A DNA stretch of 46,183 nucleotides. Origin: Bdellovibrio sp. (GTDB lineage: Bacteria > Bdellovibrionota > Bdellovibrionia > Bdellovibrionales > Bdellovibrionaceae). Location of the stretch: NCBI GenBank assembly GCA_046318155.1, contig JBKCUU010000029.1, forward strand, positions 1 through 46,183, given 5' to 3'. The notes beneath the pieces were generated by a model. The model was not told where the DNA came from. It ran no database searches and worked only from the letters and a program-made list of their open reading frames with translations. Shown in pieces: positions 9,568 through 18,382 of the stretch (position 1 is the stretch's first letter; every line of letters begins with the position of its first letter). The position numbers were made by a program, and so were the translations under genes.

Positions 9568-10289
9568 AAATTCTATTTGCGCTGAGTCTATTTTTGCTGA
9601 CCACAATGCCCGCCCAGGGGGCGGGTCATTTGCGAGCGCTTTGGCTCAACCGCCAGGGCGTTGAGCTTTTAAAAGCGCAAAAGCCGCAAGAAGCGATCGC
9701 GAAGTTTTCAGAGGCGCTCGTTGCTGATGCCCAAGCGGCCGAAGTTCATTTGAACATGGGCTTGGCGTTTGAGGCTCTCGGGGACGCCGAGCGTGCGATG
9801 ATGGCCTACCGCACAGCCGACCGCTTTGCTGGTAATTTTGAAACACAATTTGTTTCACGCTTTAATCAAGGCGCTTTGATGCAAAAAGCGAAGAAAACAG
9901 ACGAGGCGCTGGAGGCTTATCATAAAGCTCTTGAGGTGAACCCCGAGTCGAAAGAAACCAAAATTAACATTGAACTCTTGATTCAAGATCAACAGCAGCA
10001 GCAGCAAAAAGGCGGGCAAGGTCAGCAAAATCAGCCCAAGCCTCAAGACGATAAGGGCGATAACAAAGATCAACAACAAGACCCCCAAGACGATCAGGGC
10101 GATCAAAAAGAAGAGAAACCGAAAGAGTATTCAAAAAACAAGCCCCAGCCGAAGCCTTTCAAGAGCGAAGAGCTCACGCAAGGGGATGTGAATAAAATTT
10201 TAGGTGAGCTGCGAAATCAAGAGCAGCGGATTCGCTCGGAGTACAACAAGCGTGAAGTGAAGGAGAAGTCCCGTGACAAGGATTGGTAA
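9564..10289 (+). CDS. batC: BatC-like TPR protein
   Basis: Signal peptide, TPR repeats, Q/D/K-rich linker, C-terminal KDW. Confidence 0.85.
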   Translation: MKILFALSLFLLTTMPAQGAGHLRALWLNRQGVELLKAQKPQEAIAKFSEALVADAQAAEVHLNMGLAFEALGDAERAMMAYRTADRFAGNFETQFVSRFNQGALMQKAKKTDEALEAYHKALEVNPESKETKINIELLIQDQQQQQQKGGQGQQNQPKPQDDKGDNKDQQQDPQDDQGDQKEEKPKEYSKNKPQPKPFKSEELTQGDVNKILGELRNQEQRIRSEYNKREVKEKSRDKDW

Positions 10290-12189
10290 AATTGCCGCAA
10301 GCCTCGTTGCCGGGATCACTCTGTGCTCGGTACAAGCATTGGCCGAGGTCAAAGTTAGATCTTTTGCCGACCGCAAAGACATGGGCCAAGGCGACACGAT
10401 CGACGTGGCGGTTCAAATTACTTCGACCGAAGCGGTTGAGGTCGGAGAGCCTCAGGTTCCTGATTTTCCGGATTTTGATTTGGTCAATTCGTGGACGACA
10501 AGTTCAACCAGTAGCAAACTCGTCGCGGGTGCGAATGGGATGGAGTTTCAAACGCTCAAGCAAGTTGAGTTTCATTATATGTTGGCTCCGCAAAAACAGG
10601 GTCTCTTAATGATTCCGGCTTTTGAAATCAATGTCGACGGTAAATCGTATAAGACAACGCCCTTTTCAATTCGTGTTTCGGGTCAAGGGTCTGGTGCGAA
10701 TCAAGTCCCCGGCCGCCGCGGCGGCGGGGGACTTGGCAGCGAAGACGAAATTGATGAGGCCGAAGCTATCTTTAACCAGCTGCTTCAGCGTCAAGGTGCG
10801 GCACGTGGTCCCGAAATGAAGATCCCGCCCAAGAATCCCAACGAAGCTTTTTTTATCCATCTTGATTTAGACAAAACAGAAGTTTTTGAAGGCGAGCAGA
10901 TTACGGCCAACTGGTACCTTTATTCTCGAGGTAACTTGCTGGCGCTTGATCGACTCAAGTTTCCGGACCTGAAAGGGTTCTGGAAGGAAATCATCGAAGA
11001 GGTTCCCGCTTTAAATTTTACGCAAGAAGTGATCAATGGCGTTTCATACCGCCGGGCTTTGCTGGCAAGCCATGCCTTATTTCCGATTAAACCCGGGCTA
11101 GCGGTTATTGATGAGTACAAAGTAAAAGCGACCGTGCAGCTCCCCTCTTCTAATCTGGGCTCGTTTGGTTTTGGACAGCCGTACTCGTACTCCCGTTCGA
11201 GTGACCGGGTTAAAATCACGGTCAAACCGCTCCCGGCGGAAGGTAAGCCGCAAGATTTTTCGGGTGCCGTGGGGCAGTTTGATGTGCAGGCGCTTGTTGA
11301 GCACAATGACGTTCCCCTCAATCAACCCTTTGCTCTGAAGCTTCGTTTTGAGGGTGAAGGCAATGCAAAGCTCATTGAGCTTCCACCCCTAAGCTTGCCT
11401 GCCGGCATGGAATCGTACGACACGAAGTCAGATGCTAAATTTTTTAAAAATGGACGCAGCTTTAAAGAATTTGAAATCTTGTTGATTCCGCGTGAGCCCG
11501 GAACGGTGACAATCCCGGCGATCTCGGTCAGCCTCTTTGATCCGAAGACGGCAAAATATTATACAAAAAAAACGGAACCCATCGTACTTCGGGTGACTGG
11601 CGAAAAGTCGTTGGCTGACAACCCAGAAAAGGCAGACGGCGCGGGCCCGCAAAACAAGGCAAAAGTCGCCAAGACGGGACCCGTCTTTCCGTCAATCCTG
11701 ACTGAAATGCAAGGGCCGCCGCCGCCTCCCCATTTGCCATGGGTGGCACTGGGCGTGGCGTCGCTGATGAGCACCGTGGCCCTGGGGTGGAAGGCGCGCC
11801 GCGAACTCGGTGTGCGCAAGCGAAAAGCGACGCTACGAGAACTCTTGCAAACACGAATGAAAAAAGTTTGGAAGGCGCAAAAGACTGGCCAGTGGCGTGA
11901 GGCTTCAGCGCAAATGACGAATGTGATTTACTCGGTGCTCGGCGGCATTGCGGGAGAGGGCGGTGCTTCAAAAGAGCTGCGAATTTTACTGGAGAAATCG
12001 CCGCCAAGCTTACGCCGCGATTTAGGTGAAAGCTTTGAGAAGACCTTGGAGCTGTTTTTGTTTTTAAGCTTTGCACCCGAAGACTCAATTGGTGATCGTA
12101 AAGAGCCGGCAAATTTGGCTCAAGAGATCGCCGCGGCCGAAAAAACGCTGAGCCAAGCGATCAACCACGTCGATGAGACAGAAGCTTAA
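10273..12189 (+). CDS. batD: BatD family protein
   Basis: Repeated Ig-like BatD domains, VKPLP...FSGAVGQF motif, C-terminal TM. Confidence 0.88.
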   Translation: MTRIGKIAASLVAGITLCSVQALAEVKVRSFADRKDMGQGDTIDVAVQITSTEAVEVGEPQVPDFPDFDLVNSWTTSSTSSKLVAGANGMEFQTLKQVEFHYMLAPQKQGLLMIPAFEINVDGKSYKTTPFSIRVSGQGSGANQVPGRRGGGGLGSEDEIDEAEAIFNQLLQRQGAARGPEMKIPPKNPNEAFFIHLDLDKTEVFEGEQITANWYLYSRGNLLALDRLKFPDLKGFWKEIIEEVPALNFTQEVINGVSYRRALLASHALFPIKPGLAVIDEYKVKATVQLPSSNLGSFGFGQPYSYSRSSDRVKITVKPLPAEGKPQDFSGAVGQFDVQALVEHNDVPLNQPFALKLRFEGEGNAKLIELPPLSLPAGMESYDTKSDAKFFKNGRSFKEFEILLIPREPGTVTIPAISVSLFDPKTAKYYTKKTEPIVLRVTGEKSLADNPEKADGAGPQNKAKVAKTGPVFPSILTEMQGPPPPPHLPWVALGVASLMSTVALGWKARRELGVRKRKATLRELLQTRMKKVWKAQKTGQWREASAQMTNVIYSVLGGIAGEGGASKELRILLEKSPPSLRRDLGESFEKTLELFLFLSFAPEDSIGDRKEPANLAQEIAAAEKTLSQAINHVDETEA

Positions 12190-12190
12190 G

Positions 12191-12865
12191 TTAGCGCCAC
12201 AAATCCCAAGGGCTCATGCGTGACGGCGCATGGTCCAAACACTGCACATCCAGAGATCTGACTTCAACCGCACCCTTGCGTGCAGCCAAAATCAGACCGG
12301 GCGTGTAGAACCAACGTCGTAACTTGATGGGTTGAAGTTCCTCCCACGTCTCTTTCTTGAGCATAAAAAACGGGCAAGTGGGATCAGGGATTTGGAGTGC
12401 CGCAGCCTTTTCGTGTTCGATCTCTTCAAACACTTTTCTTAACCTTGATTGGCGCCCGCGCCGTTTCTTTTTGGAACTGCGACGGTTGCCGACGACAATA
12501 AAATCTTGATTGCGGTGCATGATAAACTCTTGCAGACCCGAGAACACGTCGCCAAGAGGAATTGACAGATCAAAAGAGAGAGCTCCCAGGATCTCACCGG
12601 TCGCGAGGCTGAGACCTCGCTGAATAGAGCCCCCGCGGCCAAGTTTGCGTTCATTTTGTTCAAGGCGGAACTGGTGTTGGGCTGGCGGCTTTAAGCTTTG
12701 AATCAGCTCGCGCCACGCCTCGCCAGTGTCGTATTCTGAGGGCTCTTGCACGAGCAGAATTTCTAGATCCACAGGAAAGCGCTGCCAAAAGCTGATGACA
12801 TCACGCAGTTTATCCGTTGCCCGCTCGAGCTCGTGCGAGACGGGAATGATCAGAGACAGCTTCAA
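12191..12865 (-). CDS. GT2 family glycosyltransferase-like protein (polyprenol-phosphate glycosyltransferase type), degenerate motifs
   Basis: LSLIIPV, N...GRGG..RG..A.G, IVVG.R, IPD..C.F; likely TTG start at 12865 after GGGGAG; DxD reads SFD. Confidence 0.7.
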   Translation of the reverse strand: MKLSLIIPVSHELERATDKLRDVISFWQRFPVDLEILLVQEPSEYDTGEAWRELIQSLKPPAQHQFRLEQNERKLGRGGSIQRGLSLATGEILGALSFDLSIPLGDVFSGLQEFIMHRNQDFIVVGNRRSSKKKRRGRQSRLRKVFEEIEHEKAAALQIPDPTCPFFMLKKETWEELQPIKLRRWFYTPGLILAARKGAVEVRSLDVQCLDHAPSRMSPWDLWR

Positions 12866-12888
12866 AATTTCTCCCCGCCTAGGCTGTT

Positions 12889-12938
12889 TCGGCTTCGCCG
12901 CTTTCGTTTGCACAGAAATCGGCTTCGCCGCTTTCGTT
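12889..12938. repeat. Two 20-bp direct repeats (period 30), each with a mini-hairpin
   Basis: TCGGCTTCGCCGCTTTCGTT at 12889-12908 and 12919-12938; internal CGGC-TTC-GCCG. Confidence 0.9.
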
Positions 12939-12979
12939 GTTGTTGAGAAACTCGGGGCAGTTTGCTTTGATCTGGGGAG

Positions 12980-14407
12980 ATGTTCAATCTTCTGTTTTTT
13001 GCTTTGATGCTGACGCGTTTTTGGGACTTGGGTTTAAAGCCTGTGCACCATGACGAGTCGATTAATGGCTGGTTCACAACGCAGACCTGGATTCAGGGCG
13101 CCTTTACCTATGACCCGACGAATTATCATGGCCCTCTTTTGTTTTATCTTTATCAGCTGGCCGAGCTTTTTGGCGGTTCGGGTGTGGGCACCTTACGCTT
13201 TGTGACAGTTTTTTTCTCGGTGCTCACGATGATCTGGATGTGGAAGTGGTCAAGACGCCGGTTTTCTTTATCTGGTTGGTGGGCGTTGGCGCTCGCGCTG
13301 AGTCCGGGGTATTTGTTTTTTGCTCGTTCGGGGATTCATGAGTCGGTTTTCGTTTTTTTTACTGTAATGGCTGCCACCGGTTGGATTGATTTTTGGTGTT
13401 TGCGCCGCCACAGCGGCCTGGCTGTTTTCTTGTACGGCTTGCTGGGAGCTTTGCTTCTGAAAGAAACCTTTATCTTGGCCTTGGCAGCGGGAGTTGTGGT
13501 CACAATTCCGTTGATGCTCAAGAAAGACCGATGGCAAATGATCCGGGAGCAGCTTTTGTCACTGCTGTTTCATCTGGGAGTTTGCGTTGTCGTCTGGGCG
13601 CTTTTCTTCTCGGGCTTTGGCCGAAACCCGCAAGGCGTGCTTGATTTTTTTATCGCCTTTATGCCTTGGATGAAAACCGGCGTGGCCGGAAATGGTCATC
13701 AAAAAGAATTTCTCTATTTCTTGCGTCTGATTTGGGATCACGAGCCCGCGACGATTTTGGCATTAGCGCTTGTGGTTTGGGGGCTCTTGAGATCGGGTTG
13801 GCAACGGGGTCTTTGCGCCTGGGCCCTGTTGATACTTTTAGCTTATTCGCTCATTGCCTATAAAACACCGTGGTGTTTGATTTCGATTCAAATTCCGATT
13901 TGGCTCGCCGCCATAGTCGTTTTGGCTAAGCAACATTTTTTGTTACGAAGAATGACCCAGGCCGCGCTTGTTGTTTTGGGACTTTTCTCAGCCAAATCGT
14001 ACGCCGACTTGAATTTTGCAAGAGTCGACACCAGTCACGATTACATTTACGTGCAGGGTGATTACGAAGCTAAAGATTTTGTTGAATCAATCAGTGAACA
14101 AGCCCGCCTTCGTCCTGAAATCAGACTCGCTAAAGTACAGTGGGGCACCCGCGAACCGTGGCCGTTTCCGTGGTGGCTTCAGATTTTTCAAAACCAATCT
14201 TCGTTGGTGGCTGAGCGGGGCCTGTTGCCACACATGGATTTGTATATCGTTGAACTTGAGGATCAAGAAAAGACCGAAGCAAAGATCGAGGGGCTTTTTT
14301 GGAAAGTTCAATTTTTAGTTCGCGATGCCCGCGGTCCTGCGGTCGCGTATTTGCGCAAAACGTTGTTTAATTGCCCGCTCAAAACATGCACTGAGGTTGG
14401 AAAGTGA
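12980..14407 (+). CDS. GT-C fold membrane glycosyltransferase-like protein (TIGR03663/Agl23-like, ArnT/PMT superfamily)
   Basis: RFWDLG.KP.HHDE, Y.YDP..YHGP, KET, YKTPW, WPFPWWL motifs; many TMs. Confidence 0.8.
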   Translation: MFNLLFFALMLTRFWDLGLKPVHHDESINGWFTTQTWIQGAFTYDPTNYHGPLLFYLYQLAELFGGSGVGTLRFVTVFFSVLTMIWMWKWSRRRFSLSGWWALALALSPGYLFFARSGIHESVFVFFTVMAATGWIDFWCLRRHSGLAVFLYGLLGALLLKETFILALAAGVVVTIPLMLKKDRWQMIREQLLSLLFHLGVCVVVWALFFSGFGRNPQGVLDFFIAFMPWMKTGVAGNGHQKEFLYFLRLIWDHEPATILALALVVWGLLRSGWQRGLCAWALLILLAYSLIAYKTPWCLISIQIPIWLAAIVVLAKQHFLLRRMTQAALVVLGLFSAKSYADLNFARVDTSHDYIYVQGDYEAKDFVESISEQARLRPEIRLAKVQWGTREPWPFPWWLQIFQNQSSLVAERGLLPHMDLYIVELEDQEKTEAKIEGLFWKVQFLVRDARGPAVAYLRKTLFNCPLKTCTEVGK

Positions 14408-16059
14408 CAAAGGCTTGGTTGTTGTTCATTTCAATTTCAGTGGTGAGCGCCGCGGTGCTGTCCTCTCTTCATACCTGGATGAGTGGGTCCGGGATGACGA
14501 TGGGGATCGCGGCCGCCTCGCTTATGCTTGGCGCGCTTTTGTCGGGATGTCTGTCCTTGCGTTCTTGGCAAAGATGGTTTGCCAGTTTTTGGCAACGGGC
14601 CGATCTTTCGAGCCGCGGTCTTTTTTTAGTTGTCATGACGGGCGGTCTTTTTTGTTTTTTGAATTTGTTCTCGTTAGCCAATGGCTCTTTGGGAACTGCG
14701 AACCCAAACAATTTAGGCGATTTGCCGTTTCATTTGCACCTGATCGAATTTTTTAAACGCGGCGCCGAGTTTCCGCCCATGGACCCCACGTTCGCGGGAC
14801 AGCGTCTGCATTATGCTTACGGCCTTGATTTGTGGGATGCGCTTTTAGTCAAGTTGGGTGTGCCCGTGACGGCAAGCCTTTTTCTAACGGGCGCGATTTG
14901 TCTTTTGGTGACTTGGATGGCGCTGTGGCGGCTTGGCGGCATTCTGCTTGTCTGCGCCTTTTTCTTTAGTGGCGGTATGGTGCTCGCTTTTGACTGGAAT
15001 CAGAGCTTAGGACCGAGTTCAACGATGGCCTGGAAAAATTTGTTTTTCGCCGTTTTTTTGACTCAGCGGGGAATGATGTTTGCCCTTCCCGCGGGACTTT
15101 ATTTGATTCGTAAGTGGAACCGCTATTTAAACGAAGATGATTTTAGATTAGGTCTGACGTTTGGTTGGTTCTGGGGCGTGCTGCCGCTGTTTCATTTGCA
15201 CACGTTTGCAGTTTTAAGTCTCTGGATGTTTGTGACGTTCTTGTTTCGCCGGCAGATTCGTTGGCCTTTGATTTTTGGTGCGGCCCTGGCTTTATTTTTT
15301 GTGTTGCGATCGGTGAGCTTTGGCAAAGTCAGCTCTGCCATCGGCTGGGAGCCATTTTGGGTTTTAAAAACACCGCAACTTTGGCTGCTGAGTTTTACGG
15401 CGTGGTTGCTGCTGCCTTTTTGGGTCAGCTGGCGATGGATTCAAAAGCGCAATTGGCGCGACCTTGCGGGTGCATGGGTGATCACTCTCTTTGCTTTGAG
15501 TGTACGACTGGCTCCTTGGGCCTGGGATCAAATCAAGGTGATTCTATGGGTGTACTTGCTGTGGACTTTTTGGACTTACCGTGAATTTCGGTGGAAGGGT
15601 GCTGGGGCTTTGGCGCTGTCGATGCTTTTGTTTTGGCCCGGTGCTCTGCAATGGCTCAGTGGAATGCCCTCTTTTACGGGACGTTTTGATGTTCAAAATT
15701 TGACAGATCGATTGATGGTTGAAAAATTGCTCGACGGTCTTGCTCCCGGCGAAGTTGTCGCAGCGAAAGTGGATCATCAAAATCCTTTGTTAGGTCTTGG
15801 CCAAAGTCTTGTGCTTGGCTATCCCGGTCATGCCTGGTCTCATGGGCTTCCTATCGAATTACAGTCACCCAAGCTGGACGCGATCCTGTCGTCTCGTCCA
15901 GAGGGCAAGCGCTTTGCGCAGGAATTGGGTGTCAAATGGATCGTTTGGAAGGACAATTCCCTTTTGCGGCCGGGGCCGGCAACTGATGGTTGGCAAAGTT
16001 TAGGTTGGTCCGAAGAACGCGTCATCGGCCCTTGGCATCTATGGAGAGTATCACCATGA
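14404..16059 (+). CDS. Polytopic membrane protein, probable GT-C glycosyltransferase
   Basis: GDLPFH...FPP.DP.FAG..L.Y first loop, LPLFH.H, WD..K, GY.GH.WSHG; many TMs. Confidence 0.6.
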   Translation: MTKAWLLFISISVVSAAVLSSLHTWMSGSGMTMGIAAASLMLGALLSGCLSLRSWQRWFASFWQRADLSSRGLFLVVMTGGLFCFLNLFSLANGSLGTANPNNLGDLPFHLHLIEFFKRGAEFPPMDPTFAGQRLHYAYGLDLWDALLVKLGVPVTASLFLTGAICLLVTWMALWRLGGILLVCAFFFSGGMVLAFDWNQSLGPSSTMAWKNLFFAVFLTQRGMMFALPAGLYLIRKWNRYLNEDDFRLGLTFGWFWGVLPLFHLHTFAVLSLWMFVTFLFRRQIRWPLIFGAALALFFVLRSVSFGKVSSAIGWEPFWVLKTPQLWLLSFTAWLLLPFWVSWRWIQKRNWRDLAGAWVITLFALSVRLAPWAWDQIKVILWVYLLWTFWTYREFRWKGAGALALSMLLFWPGALQWLSGMPSFTGRFDVQNLTDRLMVEKLLDGLAPGEVVAAKVDHQNPLLGLGQSLVLGYPGHAWSHGLPIELQSPKLDAILSSRPEGKRFAQELGVKWIVWKDNSLLRPGPATDGWQSLGWSEERVIGPWHLWRVSP

Positions 16060-18326
16060 TTCATATATCAAAAATGCTTTTAGCTCTATTGGCGATTCCA
16101 GTTTTGGTTTCGTCCGCATTTGCTAAGGTGGCAACGGTCTCGTTACCAAGCCCGACAAAAAAAACGACGTCCAAGCTCTCGCAACTCAAGGCCGCTGAAG
16201 ATTTAGAAAAATGGGCTGAGTGTTCACGGTTGGGCTCGCAGGTTTTTGCACAAAAATCGAGCGTCAACGGTTGGGTCTTGACCACGTGGCTTCGCTGTTC
16301 GCGTAAAGCCGAAGCGAAGACGGCAGGAACAGCACTTGCAAAAGCGGCACTCGCCGCTTTTGATACCTCTGCTATGTTACGAACGGGGACCGGTAGTTGG
16401 CAAAAATCTTTGCAGCAAGAAGCGATTAAAGCCCGCCTTCAAGTTCTGGAGCGTGAGGTTCAAAAACCAAATGCCACGACGGGAAATGAAATTACAAAAT
16501 TGCTCGAAAGTTTAACGGTTCCCGAAGATCGCGACGTCAAAGCCAAAGCCCTGGCCTTGTATGGTGACTGGGCCAATGCCATTCGTGATGCCGAGGGCGC
16601 AAAGACCTTTTACGAGCAGTCGCTGGCGCACCGAGAGAGTCGTGCGGTCCGCGACAAATTTGCGGCAGCACTTCTGGCCCTCAATGTTAAAAAAGAAACG
16701 ACGACGACTGCCGCCGTTGAAGAATTTGTCTCTGAAAGCGAGCGTAAATTTGACGAACGGTTTGTGAGCTCTCAAAAAAATAACGATCTGCTCGCACTCG
16801 TTGAAGATTGTGTTTCTTATTTGAATCGGTTTCCGCATGGGCGCTCGGCGAAATGGGCGCACGATAAAGTTTTAGATGTTTATTTTTTGTTTTACGAGCA
16901 GGCCCAAAACGGAGATGAAAAGTGGGTCGCGCTGCGCGACCGAACGCTCCGTGTGATCGAGCGTGCCGAATGGTCGCGTTTAGGTGATTGGTCACGGCTG
17001 TTGCATAAGCGCGGCGATTTTGCGGGCAGCTTGCGCTTGGCCGAGAAGGCTTTAGACAAGACCGGGACAAGTGCTTGGGGCGCTCTTTTGCATTACGTTG
17101 CGGGGCGCTCAGCGCAGTTCTTAGGTGATGACAGGCGCGCACAAAAACATTTTGAAACTTATGCCGAGCAACACTCGTCTGGCGATGACATCGGCGAAGT
17201 TTTGTTTCGATTGGGACTTGTGCACCTGCGCCAAAATCAGGCCCCCAGTGCGGTTGCCATCTTTGAGCGGTTACTTTCACTTAAAGGCCAAGATCGGTAT
17301 GAATTGTCGGCGCGTTACTGGATGATTCGGGCTTTGGAGAGTGTAAAGAGTCCCCGCGCCACAAAAGAATCCGAAGTCTTGATGGCGAAGTTTCCGTTTT
17401 CTTATTTTGGTCTCAAGCTTCGTGCTGAATTTTCTCGGGGACAACTTGAATGGCCCTACCCCTTAGAGACGGCCGAGACTCTTAAAGCCAATTACAAGAT
17501 GACAGGCCCGCAAAAAAAATCCTGGGACCGCCTCAAGACTTTGGCCGCCGCGGGTTGGCGCTCAGAGGCTTTGCAAGAGGCTTCTGAATTCCCGCTGCCT
17601 GAAGATGGGCGCCTAAAAGCATTGCTTGCGCAGAGCTTCACGGACGCGCAGGCCTATCCACTAGTGATTCGTTTGATGAATCAGGCGAGTGATCAGTCGA
17701 TTGATTTTCGAACCAAAGATTTGATGTCACTTGGCTTGCCAAAAGATTTTCAACCGGTGGTTGAGGCTGAAGCCAAGAAATTTAATCTGCAACCGATTTT
17801 GGTTTGGTCGTTGATCCGCCAAGAGAGTGCCTTTAACATCAAAGCGGTGAGCACTTCAAATGCGATGGGTTTGATGCAGCTGATCCCTCCGACCGCGCGC
17901 GAAGTGGCGCAAACCCTTAAAATCGGACCTCTCGAGCTGCCGGATGATGCATTTCAAGTCGACCGCAATATTCCTATGGGGACGAGTTACTTGGCGCAAA
18001 TGATCAGGCAGTTTCAAGGCTCGGTACCATTAGGACTCGCGGCGTACAACGCGGGGCCCACAAGGATGGGGCAGTTCGTAAAAATGCGCGCAGAGCATAA
18101 AGACACAATCTTTAATCCACCGCAGACGGCGATGGATGAGTTGTGGATCGATGAGCTTCCTTGGTTTGAGACGAGCTTTTACGTGAAAGCGATCTTGAGA
18201 AATACGATGATGTATCGACTCCTCGATCAACGTCGAGTTGCTGTCGAAATGAGCGTCTGGAACGACCTCGTCCTCGGTCCCAAAGGAGAGGGCGCAAGTA
18301 CCGGATCTGTGACAACAACGCGCTAG
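16056..18326 (+). CDS. Soluble lytic murein transglycosylase (Slt70-like, TPR plus SLT domain)
   Basis: IRQESAF, GLMQL, AAYNAG, ET..YV motifs; ATG 16056 overlaps the upstream stop (ATGA). Confidence 0.92.
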   Translation: MIHISKMLLALLAIPVLVSSAFAKVATVSLPSPTKKTTSKLSQLKAAEDLEKWAECSRLGSQVFAQKSSVNGWVLTTWLRCSRKAEAKTAGTALAKAALAAFDTSAMLRTGTGSWQKSLQQEAIKARLQVLEREVQKPNATTGNEITKLLESLTVPEDRDVKAKALALYGDWANAIRDAEGAKTFYEQSLAHRESRAVRDKFAAALLALNVKKETTTTAAVEEFVSESERKFDERFVSSQKNNDLLALVEDCVSYLNRFPHGRSAKWAHDKVLDVYFLFYEQAQNGDEKWVALRDRTLRVIERAEWSRLGDWSRLLHKRGDFAGSLRLAEKALDKTGTSAWGALLHYVAGRSAQFLGDDRRAQKHFETYAEQHSSGDDIGEVLFRLGLVHLRQNQAPSAVAIFERLLSLKGQDRYELSARYWMIRALESVKSPRATKESEVLMAKFPFSYFGLKLRAEFSRGQLEWPYPLETAETLKANYKMTGPQKKSWDRLKTLAAAGWRSEALQEASEFPLPEDGRLKALLAQSFTDAQAYPLVIRLMNQASDQSIDFRTKDLMSLGLPKDFQPVVEAEAKKFNLQPILVWSLIRQESAFNIKAVSTSNAMGLMQLIPPTAREVAQTLKIGPLELPDDAFQVDRNIPMGTSYLAQMIRQFQGSVPLGLAAYNAGPTRMGQFVKMRAEHKDTIFNPPQTAMDELWIDELPWFETSFYVKAILRNTMMYRLLDQRRVAVEMSVWNDLVLGPKGEGASTGSVTTTR

Positions 18327-18382
18327 ATTGTTTGCCTGGACCGCCCATTCTGACCTAAACTATTCCTTAACGGAGGACTTGG

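Noticed and set aside
9990..10110. CAG/CAA repeat and Q/D-rich tract
   Set aside because: Ordinary low-complexity BatC linker
12889..12938. Repeat-spacer-repeat read as a mini CRISPR
   Set aside because: Only two 20-bp units with a 10-bp spacer and no cas genes
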